Below, piece after piece: positions 55,721 through 64,000 of a stretch of DNA of 64,000 nucleotides (position 1 is the stretch's first letter; each line of letters starts with the position of its first letter). This DNA is from Escherichia coli (GTDB taxonomy: Bacteria; Pseudomonadota; Gammaproteobacteria; Enterobacterales; Enterobacteriaceae), in the NCBI RefSeq assembly GCF_009931435.1, contig NZ_CP043414.1. The stretch is one strand, 5' to 3'. The translations under genes were made by a program, and so were the position numbers. The notes below the pieces were generated by a model, which saw nothing but the letters and a program-made list of their open reading frames with translations, was not told the origin of the DNA and did no database searches.

Positions 55721-56875
55721 TTATGCCTGCCACGGATGAATGATTACGCCTTGCACCACGCGGTTAACGGTGCCGCTGGCTGATGGGGTATCCGGCGTAT
55801 TGCCCATATGCAGCGACTGCATCAGTGCAAACGTCTGGGCGTACATCAGGAAGCAAAATGCCTGCTCAACGTCGATAAAGTGACGTGACGGCGGCAGGAT
55901 GATATGTGGACCGGCGGTAATAACGTCGTTGCCTTCCGCGGCGATGGCGATTACGCGCATTGCCTGGTTGTCACGGCGGAGTTCTGCCAGCAGATCAAGA
56001 TCATACTGACGCGTATAGGGGTGGCTGGAGACAAACACCACCACCAGCGTTTCGTTATCGACCAGCGATTTCGGGCCATGACGGAATCCGGTCGGGGAAT
56101 CATAAAAGGCCGCCAGTTTACCCGCCGTCAGTTCCAGTACTTTCAGCGCCGACTCGCGTGCTGCGCCCTGTAAGCCACCGCTGCCGAGATAAACGATCCG
56201 TTTCCACGGTGCGTAACCAAACACACCTTCGCTGAAATCGCCCAGTGAGGTCAGGATCGCCTGGCAACGATCCGCTACGTCGCGGAAGGTCTGGCTATTG
56301 ATTGTCTCAGGTGCGAAAACCGCGAGGCAGCTGGCCATCATAGTGGTAATGCTGCTTGTCATTGCAAAGCCGCGATCGTGCGTTTCTGCGGGCATCAGCA
56401 GGGCAAACGCGTTGTCGCTGTTGATCGCGTTTTGGTAAAGAGCGCCCGCTTCGTTGCAGGTGATCGGCAGGTGATAGCATTCCGGTACAAACTGATTCGC
56501 CAGTTCCACGGCGGCGACGCTTTCCGGGCTGTTGCCAGATCGACCGAAGGAGATCAACAGCAGTGGATGAGCTGGATTCAGGTAGTCCATCGGATTAGTG
56601 ACCAGATCGGTGGTCGGTACGGCGCTGAAGTTTTTACCGGTATGGCTGGCGAGCCACGGCGCGATGATATCACCGATAAATGCCGAGGTTCCGGCTCCGG
56701 TCAGGATGATCCGCAGATTCTCTTTGCGCAGTAACGGTTCAAGGAAGTTATTGAGCGCGGAACGTAGCGCGTCGATGTTGGTGAGTGAACGGATCCATGC
56801 GCGAGGCTGATGGCGGATCTCTTCTTCAGTCCATGTGCCGGTGGTGGCGGCCGCTGGGGTGTAATTTTCTGGCAT
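55721..56875 (-). CDS. agaS: SIS-domain galactosamine-6-phosphate deaminase/isomerase AgaS
   Basis: 384 aa with two SIS domains. Confidence 0.93.
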   Translation of the reverse strand: MPENYTPAAATTGTWTEEEIRHQPRAWIRSLTNIDALRSALNNFLEPLLRKENLRIILTGAGTSAFIGDIIAPWLASHTGKNFSAVPTTDLVTNPMDYLNPAHPLLLISFGRSGNSPESVAAVELANQFVPECYHLPITCNEAGALYQNAINSDNAFALLMPAETHDRGFAMTSSITTMMASCLAVFAPETINSQTFRDVADRCQAILTSLGDFSEGVFGYAPWKRIVYLGSGGLQGAARESALKVLELTAGKLAAFYDSPTGFRHGPKSLVDNETLVVVFVSSHPYTRQYDLDLLAELRRDNQAMRVIAIAAEGNDVITAGPHIILPPSRHFIDVEQAFCFLMYAQTFALMQSLHMGNTPDTPSASGTVNRVVQGVIIHPWQA

Positions 56876-56928
56876 AACTCAATCCTTAGTCTGATGAACT
56901 TGACTTCCGGCATTGCAGGCTTCGCTTG

Positions 56929-57045
56929 CCTTTCGTTTCATTTCACTTGGTGATTCGTTTCGTTGATTAAAATCTATAGAAAAGAAATCGAAAGTTCAAT
57001 GGAGAAAAAAGAAATAAAACGAAATTTGTGATCGTTGAAAGAAAA
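56929..57045 (-). promoter_or_regulatory. agaS promoter region with AgaR-type TTTC-repeat operator motifs
   Basis: CGTTTCATTTCACTTGGTGATTCGTTTCGTT and GAAATCGAAAG...AAAACGAAATTTG repeats upstream of agaS. Confidence 0.55.
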
Positions 57046-57099
57046 GACAAGGGAAGATTAAAGGATTGCGTGATAACGTCGCTATGTGTACCGATTGCT

Positions 57100-57146
57100 G
57101 GAAGCGGCGTACCGTAGAGCGGATAAGACGCGCCAGCGTCGCATTC
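57100..57146. repeat. partial REP element in agaA-agaS intergenic region
   Basis: GGATAAGACGCGCCAGCGTCGCAT REP-like half. Confidence 0.5.
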
Positions 57147-57225
57147 GACACCACTGCACAGATTAAAACGAAAGAAAAAGAAAGGCCTTACGGGGGAAGT
57201 GAAGGCCCAATAAAGGAGCAAACCA

Positions 57226-58359
57226 TCAAAACGAAGCTAATTGACCCTGAATCCAGATTTGTTGCACATGCAGTCCGCTATTCAGCGCAACGACGCTGGC
57301 GCGTTTGCCCGGTTTAAGTGATCCCAGAACACCATCAACACCCAGCATACGCGCCGGATGCAGCGATGCCATATGGATGGCTTCCGCAGGCGTTACGCCC
57401 GTCAACTCGACCATGTTGCGCACTGCCGCATCGACAGACAGCGTACTGCCCGCCAGCCCACCGGACGCGGTACGGACAACGCCACCGTGCATCTGCACTT
57501 CTTCACCACATAACGTATAGCGACCATCCGGCATCCCGGCTGCCTGCATCGCGTCGGTGATGAGCACGATTCTCTCTTTCGCACAGCAACAACACAGCGA
57601 CATCGCCGCCGGATGAACATGATGCCCATCGGCTATCAGTTCCAGCCAGGCGCGCTTGTCCGTTAAACCCGCGCCAACCATTCCCGGTTCGCGGTGATGT
57701 AATCCTGTCATCCCGTTATAGCAATGCACCAGGCCGTCTGCGCCAGCATCAAATGCGGCGCGGGTTTGTTGCCAGGTTGCTGCGCTATGTCCCAGCATTA
57801 CCCGCACGTTCTGCTGTTTAAGATGACGAATGGCTTGTAACGCGCCCGTTTTTTCCGGTGCCAGCGCCACCACGCGCAAGGTATGCCGTGAAACAGCAAT
57901 CAATTGATCCAGCTCGGCAATTTCCAGCTCGCGAAACAGCTCCGGCGGATGTGCGCCTTTATTCTGCGGCGTGAAGTACGGCCCTTCGAGATAACTCCCC
58001 AGCACTTGCGCACCAGGTCCACCGCGCTGGCAGCGTAGCGCAATACGTTCCAGCGCCGCATGAATGGTATTAAGCGGCGCGGTTACGGTAGTCGGCAACC
58101 AACTGCCGACACCTTCCCGTGCCTTGTGCATTGCCAGCTTGTCGAGCGCATCCGGCGCGTCATCCATAACATCAACGCCCGCACCACCGTGTACATGGGT
58201 ATCGATATAAGCGGGGCAGAGCAGTTCCGCATCGCGTTCAGTCACGCCCACTGGAATCGGTTCGATTGCTGCGATTACACCGTCAGCAATACACAACTGA
58301 TGGTCATCGAGCCATCCCTCTTCAGTCAGCAGCCTTCTGGCGCGCAGAACGTGTGTCAT
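57226..58359 (-). CDS. agaA: N-acetylgalactosamine-6-phosphate deacetylase AgaA (full length)
   Basis: ORF 57226..58380 trimmed to MTHVLRARRLLTEEGWLDDHQL with SD GAGGAAGGAA; 377 aa; NagA-type HxH metal motif (DTHVHGG); start overlaps agaF stop (ATGA). Confidence 0.9.
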   Translation of the reverse strand: MTHVLRARRLLTEEGWLDDHQLCIADGVIAAIEPIPVGVTERDAELLCPAYIDTHVHGGAGVDVMDDAPDALDKLAMHKAREGVGSWLPTTVTAPLNTIHAALERIALRCQRGGPGAQVLGSYLEGPYFTPQNKGAHPPELFRELEIAELDQLIAVSRHTLRVVALAPEKTGALQAIRHLKQQNVRVMLGHSAATWQQTRAAFDAGADGLVHCYNGMTGLHHREPGMVGAGLTDKRAWLELIADGHHVHPAAMSLCCCCAKERIVLITDAMQAAGMPDGRYTLCGEEVQMHGGVVRTASGGLAGSTLSVDAAVRNMVELTGVTPAEAIHMASLHPARMLGVDGVLGSLKPGKRASVVALNSGLHVQQIWIQGQLASF

Positions 58360-58790
58360 ATTCCTTCCTCGACCGGACATTCTTCATGGCAGCGGCCTAA
58401 CTCGTCTACCAGACTGGTCAGCCCACGGTGTCCACACTCCAGCGCCTGCACACGGAATTCTTCACCGCTTAACCCTTCGCGCTCCAGCACCATTTCCAGT
58501 AACAGTTGCAAATTGGTGCCGGTGATCACTTCATAGCCCGGTTTTTGCATCGCCAGCGTTGAAGCCACGCGAAACGGTGTGCCGCCCAGCAAATCTGTCA
58601 GAAAAACAATGCCGTCTTCACAATCCAGTTTGGCAATGGCTTCTTCAAGCTGCGATGTAAGCAGCGCAGTGCTTGAGGTTTCCGGAAAATCAATGGCGAT
58701 AAACTGCGACTGCTCGCCGAGGATTTGCTTCATTGCTTTTTCCATGCCGCTGGCAAATCCGCCATGCCCTGTCAAAATAATACTTAACAT
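58356..58790 (-). CDS. agaF: PTS N-acetylgalactosamine-specific EIIA component AgaF
   Basis: 144 aa MLSIILTGHGGFASGMEKAMKQILGEQ. Confidence 0.9.
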   Translation of the reverse strand: MLSIILTGHGGFASGMEKAMKQILGEQSQFIAIDFPETSSTALLTSQLEEAIAKLDCEDGIVFLTDLLGGTPFRVASTLAMQKPGYEVITGTNLQLLLEMVLEREGLSGEEFRVQALECGHRGLTSLVDELGRCHEECPVEEGI

Positions 58791-58807
58791 CTAATACCTC
58801 ATTGTAT

Positions 58808-59692
58808 TTAAAGGAAATGACAGAATTTACCGACGATGCCAAGAACCACGGTAACCGCAATCAGGCGCAGCGGACTCCAGCCGCGGCGTACCAGCCAGAA
58901 CATGGTCAGGGTGTAGACCAGCGGTAAGAAGGCAGGCATCAGTTTGTCGATAACGTCAGCCTGCAGCTTAACCACTGCATCGCCCGCCGTGATTTCCAGC
59001 GTGGTGCTTAAACGAACATAGGTTGCCACCAGCGCGCCGATCACCGTCATCCCAACGATAGACGCTGCATGGCCGACTTTTTTGGTATTCGCTTTAATGA
59101 GTGGGATCGCCGCCACGCCCATGCGGTAAGCATAATGCGCCAGACCAAAACGCAGCCCCAGGTGTACCACGTTAAACAGCACAATAAACACGACTGCGCC
59201 AAGAATAGAGCCTTGCAATGCCAGACTGGCACCAATCCCGCCACAAATCGGCAGTAACGTTAGCCAGAACATGGCATCGCCAATCCCACCGAGCGGCGCA
59301 CCGACGGCAATTTTGGTGCTCTGAATACTGTTAACGTCCTGCTTAGAACGCTCCATCGCGAGGATAATGCCAATAACAAACGTCACCAGAAACGGATGGG
59401 TATTGAAGAAACCCATATGCCCCTTCATGGCGCGCGCCAGGTCGCGTTTATTAGTGTGGATCTTTTTCAGAGCAGGCAGCAGACCGTACAACCAGCCGGA
59501 AGCCTGCATACGTTCGTAGTTAAAAGACGCTTGTAACAGCATGGAACGCCAGGCGACGCGGTTGATATCTTTTTTTGTTAGCTCCGCGCCAATGCTCTGA
59601 TCTTCATACACGTTTTCATTGACGCCTGTCAGTAGTGTTTCTTCGTTTTCACTGACGTTCGGCAGGGTAGTTTGATTAGATGCCATCTTCAA
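58808..59692 (-). CDS. agaE: PTS N-acetylgalactosamine-specific EIID component AgaE
   Basis: 294 aa ORF (alternative Met 2 codons in at 59686); paralog of AgaD (shared LLQASFNYERMQA); overlaps agaW 3' end. Confidence 0.88.
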   Translation of the reverse strand: MKMASNQTTLPNVSENEETLLTGVNENVYEDQSIGAELTKKDINRVAWRSMLLQASFNYERMQASGWLYGLLPALKKIHTNKRDLARAMKGHMGFFNTHPFLVTFVIGIILAMERSKQDVNSIQSTKIAVGAPLGGIGDAMFWLTLLPICGGIGASLALQGSILGAVVFIVLFNVVHLGLRFGLAHYAYRMGVAAIPLIKANTKKVGHAASIVGMTVIGALVATYVRLSTTLEITAGDAVVKLQADVIDKLMPAFLPLVYTLTMFWLVRRGWSPLRLIAVTVVLGIVGKFCHFL

Positions 59693-60455
59693 ATTCCTCT
59701 TTCTGTGCCGCAGGTTGAGTCGGTTCAGGAGATTTACGCAGCAGGTCGATCAGCGCCATCGCCAGCGCGGCGGCAGCAATAGCCAGCACCGGTAACTTGA
59801 GCCAGGCGGCGGCAACGAAGCCCAGGATGAAGTAGGGGATATAGACGTTTTTCATCATGATTTTCAGCAGCACGGCAAAACCGATTGCTGGCATGATGCC
59901 GCCCGCGACGCCAAGGCCGTCGATTAACCGTTGCGGCAGGACATCAATGATGGTTTTTGCATGCTCCGCGCCGAAGTAGATAGGCAGGAAAGCGCAGAGA
60001 AAATAGAACGTGCCGAGTGCCAGCAATGCCAGATAGTTCACGCGTTCAATGCCGCGAGTATCGGCGTTCTCCGCCATCCGGTCGCAGCGGGACATCACGC
60101 CAGACATCACCGAGAACAGGAAGGTAATCCCCATCTGTACTGCGACAGCGAAAGGTACGGCGACACCGACCGCGACATCCGGTTTCACGCCAGTAGTAAT
60201 GGCAAACGCCGTGCCGACGATAGTTCCGATAATCACGTTAGGCGGCTGTGCGCCCGCCAGCGGTGCCAGCCCCATCCACACCAGTTCCAGCGTACCGCCG
60301 GTTAAAATACCGGTATGCAGATCGCCAAGCACCAACCCAACTAACGGGCCGAGGACCACCGGGCGGTGCATATGGGTTAGGCCGTTAAACATATCCAGGC
60401 CAGCGATAAAGGCGATAATGCCCAACGCAAATGCCTGCAACAGACTGATTTCCAT
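59676..60455 (-). CDS. agaW: PTS N-acetylgalactosamine-specific EIIC component AgaW (full length)
   Basis: 259 aa MEISLLQAFALGIIAFIAGLDMFNG; paralog of AgaC. Confidence 0.9.
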   Translation of the reverse strand: MEISLLQAFALGIIAFIAGLDMFNGLTHMHRPVVLGPLVGLVLGDLHTGILTGGTLELVWMGLAPLAGAQPPNVIIGTIVGTAFAITTGVKPDVAVGVAVPFAVAVQMGITFLFSVMSGVMSRCDRMAENADTRGIERVNYLALLALGTFYFLCAFLPIYFGAEHAKTIIDVLPQRLIDGLGVAGGIMPAIGFAVLLKIMMKNVYIPYFILGFVAAAWLKLPVLAIAAAALAMALIDLLRKSPEPTQPAAQKEEFEDGI

Positions 60456-60465
60456 GATGAATCCC

Positions 60466-60939
60466 TCAAAGTAATTTAAAGAGGTCCACAGCAGGCTCTG
60501 TCGGGACGCCCTGAACGAAGCATTCCACCCCAGCGGCTTTCAGGTCGTTAAATGCTGCGATATCGCCCGCATCCACAGAAACCGTTTTGGCGATTTGTTG
60601 CTTGCCATTGGCGTAGTGCATATTGCCAACGTTAATGCGATTCACCGGAACGCCACCTTTCACCAGCGTCAGGAAATCGGCAGGTGTTTTACAAACCAGC
60701 AGGATTTTCTGTCGATCGGCGGCGCGATGAATGTTGTCGATCACTTTTTGCAGCGTCCAGAAACGTACGGCGATCCCTTCTGCCAGCACCATTTCCATCA
60801 GGTTTTGTTGTACCGGATCTTCGGCAACCTCATCATTGGCTACCAGCACCAGATTTGCCCCCGCAAATCCGACCCACTGAACGCCGACCTGACCGTGAAT
60901 CAAGCGTTCATCAATCCGGCTTAAAACAATATTTGGCAT
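60466..60939 (-). CDS. agaV: PTS N-acetylgalactosamine-specific EIIB component AgaV
   Basis: ORF 60466..60975 trimmed to MPNIVLSRIDERLIHGQVGVQW with SD GAGGAA; 157 aa. Confidence 0.9.
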   Translation of the reverse strand: MPNIVLSRIDERLIHGQVGVQWVGFAGANLVLVANDEVAEDPVQQNLMEMVLAEGIAVRFWTLQKVIDNIHRAADRQKILLVCKTPADFLTLVKGGVPVNRINVGNMHYANGKQQIAKTVSVDAGDIAAFNDLKAAGVECFVQGVPTEPAVDLFKLL

Positions 60940-60961
60940 AGCGTGTTCCTCTTTGTTTTGC

Positions 60962-62242
60962 TTATTGGCCTTCACAGGCTGTGTGGTACTGCGCCAGGAT
61001 GTCCTGAATATGGTTGATAATGAGTTCCCGTGGCGTTGGCTGCAGCTCGCCGGAGCGAACTTTCACGTATTGCAGCGGCAGGTACTGACTGATGAGCGGC
61101 AGCGGAATTGGCGCATCCGCCAGGTTACGAACCAGATGAGCGAAAGCGTCATCAATCTGGCTGTCCGGCCAGTAATAGCGCACGCGATCCGAGTAGCTAT
61201 AACCACGCGCCAGACGACGCGCGTTGCCGTCACCGTGGTAGTGGCTTTGCCAGTATTCCGGGCGGTCGAGCATCACGTTTTCCAGCACCTGACGCAGACC
61301 GGAACAGGCTTTTGCTGGCACCAGTTCTTCTTCAATCGCCGCCAGAGAGAACAGAGCTTCACGCAGGGCGAAGGTCAGCGCTGGGCCAACTTTCAGAATG
61401 GCAAAGTGGTCAATCACCAGCTGGCGCAGCGATTGCGGCGTTTGGTAATCGGTAGAGTGCGCTTCGAAAATCAGCGTTTCGTAGTTTTCGACCATCTGGC
61501 TTAAGGCGGTCGCTTTAGCTGGCTGATAATCAATAACGTTGGTGTGATCGAATTCGACGCCGGGTTGTACCACCAGAGCAATGATGCGTGGCCAGATGGC
61601 ATTCAGACCTTGCTTTTCAAAGGCGTGACGATGGGCTTCCAGCGTGGCGCGGGCGGCATCCGGCGTAGTGACCGCCAGCTCGCTTAAGGTTTCATGCGCG
61701 CCGCCAGGTACCGGCACTTCGGTACCAATGACATACACCAGATCGGCTTCGCCAAAGTGTTCACGGCAGGTTTCTTCCGCGACTTTAGCCAGTCGGGCGG
61801 CGCGTTCAGCCACGATGTCATCGGTTAAGGGAACCGGATCGTCCTGACAGGACATGCTGCAATCAAGGTGAATTTTTTTGAATCCTGCCGCCACGTAGCT
61901 TTTAATCAAATCATCGGCATTGGCCATCGCCTGAGCTGCAGGCAGGTTTTGCCAGCGGTTTGGCCCCAGATGATCGCCACCCAGAATCAACGCGTCTTGT
62001 GGGAAATTCAATGAGTCGGCGAGCTGACAAACAAAGCCGCGAAAATCGGCGGGTGTCATTCCGGTATAACCACCGAACTGGTCCACCTGATTGGATGTCG
62101 CTTCAATCAGTAACGGTGTTTGGTTTACACTGGCGTAGCGGATTGCAGCTTCCAGCACCAGCGGGTGTGCGGAACAAACGGCATAAATCCCATTTGTTTT
62201 GCCCTCTTTGTGCTGCCTCACCATTTCTGTCAGATGTTTCAC
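60962..62242 (-). CDS. kbaZ: tagatose-bisphosphate aldolase non-catalytic subunit KbaZ (AgaZ)
   Basis: GTG start at 62242 with SD GGAGAGG, giving (M)[26 protein letters not shown]; 426 aa; ORF-track ATG at 62308 is a possible longer alternative. Confidence 0.85.
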   Translation of the reverse strand: MKHLTEMVRQHKEGKTNGIYAVCSAHPLVLEAAIRYASVNQTPLLIEATSNQVDQFGGYTGMTPADFRGFVCQLADSLNFPQDALILGGDHLGPNRWQNLPAAQAMANADDLIKSYVAAGFKKIHLDCSMSCQDDPVPLTDDIVAERAARLAKVAEETCREHFGEADLVYVIGTEVPVPGGAHETLSELAVTTPDAARATLEAHRHAFEKQGLNAIWPRIIALVVQPGVEFDHTNVIDYQPAKATALSQMVENYETLIFEAHSTDYQTPQSLRQLVIDHFAILKVGPALTFALREALFSLAAIEEELVPAKACSGLRQVLENVMLDRPEYWQSHYHGDGNARRLARGYSYSDRVRYYWPDSQIDDAFAHLVRNLADAPIPLPLISQYLPLQYVKVRSGELQPTPRELIINHIQDILAQYHTACEGQ

Positions 62243-62490
62243 TTTCCTCTCCAGTTCAGATTGCTGCGATATTAATCTTTCGTTTTGTTTCAGTTGATAC
62301 TGCGTCATGGTGAGATAAAAATAAAACGAAAGATAATAGTTTTCTGATCTGATTCACAAAAGAAACATAATGAAAGTCACTGAAACGAGAGTAGCTTGCG
62401 TCAATGGGCAAGGTGGGCTTGCATTTGCTCAATAGAAAGGCGTAAATAGGCAAAACGAAATGAAACGAAAGTTTTACGAAAGGACTTACT
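62243..62490. promoter_or_regulatory. divergent kbaZ / agaR promoter region with AgaR-type operator repeats
   Basis: ATAAAACGAAAGATAATAGTTTTC, GAAACATAATGAAAGTCACTGAAACGAG and AAACGAAATGAAACGAAAGTTTTACGAAAGG (TTTCGTTT-type repeats on both strands). Confidence 0.6.
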
Positions 62491-63300
62491 ATGAGTAATA
62501 CCGACGCTTCAGGCGAGAAGCGAGTGACAGGCACCAGCGAGCGACGAGAACAAATCATTCAGCGCCTGCGACAGCAAGGGAGTGTGCAGGTTAACGATCT
62601 GTCGGCATTGTATGGCGTATCTACTGTGACGATCCGCAACGATCTGGCTTTTCTGGAAAAGCAGGGGATCGCTGTGCGGGCCTATGGCGGCGCGTTGATC
62701 TGCGATAGCACGACGCCGTCAGTCGAGCCATCAGTGGAAGATAAAAGCGCGCTGAACACTGCGATGAAACGCAGCGTTGCGAAAGCTGCCGTTGAGTTGA
62801 TTCAGCCAGGTCATCGGGTGATCCTCGATTCCGGGACCACCACGTTTGAGATTGCTCGTCTGATGCGCAAGCACACCGACGTAATTGCGATGACCAATGG
62901 TATGAACGTAGCCAATGCACTGCTGGAAGCAGAAGGCGTTGAACTTCTTATGACCGGCGGGCATCTGCGGCGTCAGTCGCAATCTTTTTACGGCGATCAG
63001 GCTGAACAATCGCTACAAAATTACCACTTTGATATGCTTTTTCTCGGCGTAGATGCGATCGATCTGGAGCGCGGCGTCAGCACGCATAATGAAGATGAAG
63101 CCCGTTTAAACCGTCGGATGTGCGAAGTTGCGGAACGGATCATTGTGGTCACCGATTCCAGTAAGTTCAACCGTTCCAGTTTACATAAGATCATTGATAC
63201 TCAACGTATCGACATGATCATTGTTGATGAAGGCATTCCTGCGGATAGTCTGGAAGGCCTGCGAAAGGCTGGGGTTGAAGTGATTCTGGTCGGGGAGTGA
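62491..63300 (+). CDS. agaR: DeoR-family repressor of the aga cluster, AgaR
   Basis: 269 aa; N-terminal HTH ...[17 protein letters not shown]...; divergent from kbaZ. Confidence 0.93.
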
Positions 63301-63832
63301 GAAATGGCGCCCGTAGCTCAACACGGATGTGTTCGGCGGGCATTGTTCACTGACCTTTTACAGCCTGTTTTCTGCTCAAATTAGAAACTTCAGCAAAGGT
63401 AATGCAAATGCATTATTAACAGCAGAAAGCGCCAGAACCAACGAAAAAAGAGAGCATGTTTCCCATTTTGCGAGGCGCTTTCCAAATCACCCGCTCAGTC
63501 CCCTCGCGTTGCAGTGCTAAAAGCACTATTTTGCAAATTTGTGACCTTCTTCACTCTCCCAAAAGGCGGTGATCTCACGGTGGGGATCCACTTTCTGCTT
63601 TCGCTTTTCTGCCGTTAGCACTCGCTATTTCGGCATCTCTTCTTTTCACTTTTTCAGTTTGTCATTTTCATTTGCGGTCAACCGAAAGTTCTGGAGTCGA
63701 TTTTTCCAGGTTTCAACGCCGTTGTCGCGTTCACAAATTCACTTCTTTTCTTCTGATGTAATGCATTCAAAAGAAAATGAAAGCTGCAAAATGCAAGAAT
63801 GCAACGAAATACTTTTTCAGGGAGCGATAAAC

Positions 63833-64000
63833 ATGCTAGATAGCCTAAGACGCCGCGAACAAATCATTGATTTGTTATGTGCCCAGGGAAGCGTACGCGT
63901 TGAGCCGCTCAGCATCCATTTTGGTGTCTCATCGGTCACGATCCGCAATGACTTACGGTATCTGGAGCAAAAAGGTTGCGTCATGCGTTCCTATGGCGGT
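63833..64000 (+). CDS. DeoR-family (AgaR-like) transcriptional regulator, N-terminal 56 codons only; runs off window end
   Basis: ATG 63833 with SD CAGGGAG 7 nt upstream; MLDSLRRREQIIDLLCAQGSVRVEPLSIHFGVSSVTIRNDLRYLEQKGCVMRSYGG, shares SVTIRNDL and R(A/S)YGG with AgaR; not in ORF track because no stop in window. Confidence 0.7.
   Translation, partial: MLDSLRRREQIIDLLCAQGSVRVEPLSIHFGVSSVTIRNDLRYLEQKGCVMRSYGG

Noticed and set aside
63329-63520. 63 aa ORF just downstream of agaR
   Set aside because: No ribosome-binding site and low-complexity translation; it lies in the TTTC-repeat non-coding tract. I specifically looked for a minus-strand yhaV/prlF-like toxin-antitoxin pair here and found none.

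Overview
This 64 kb window reads as a contiguous Escherichia coli-type chromosomal segment, in the orientation opposite to the K-12 reference, running from the 5' part of lptB to agaR (K-12 b3201 down to b3131). Identification rests on reading the supplied six-frame translations and the nucleotide sequence against remembered E. coli proteins and gene order; no database search was run. Almost all of it is densely packed core housekeeping DNA: the lptCAB/kdsCD/yrbG and mlaFEDCB clusters, murA, ispB, rplU-rpmA, obgE, dacB, greA, rlmE-ftsH-folP-glmM, secG-leuU, argG, the metY-rimP-nusA-infB-rbfA-truB-rpsO-pnp operon, nlpI-deaD, mtr, ubiTUV, lpoA and rsmI. I called 68 CDSs, 2 tRNAs, 11 intrinsic terminators, 4 REP/BIME repeat blocks and several promoter/operator sites. 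I found no IS element, integrase, prophage module, CRISPR array or rRNA, and nothing that I can support as a previously undescribed system. The parts that differ from K-12 are at the right end: (1) a complete 13-gene aga/kba N-acetylgalactosamine/galactosamine cluster, where K-12 carries a deletion; (2) rsmI and agaI abut directly, with no yraHIJK fimbrial operon between them; (3) beyond agaR, instead of K-12's prlF-yhaV, there is about 0.5 kb of TTTC-repeat-rich non-coding DNA followed by the start of a second AgaR-like DeoR-family regulator running off the window. Many starts in the supplied ORF track are over-extended and were trimmed to known N-termini, including TTG starts for rimP and pnp and GTG starts for ubiT and kbaZ.
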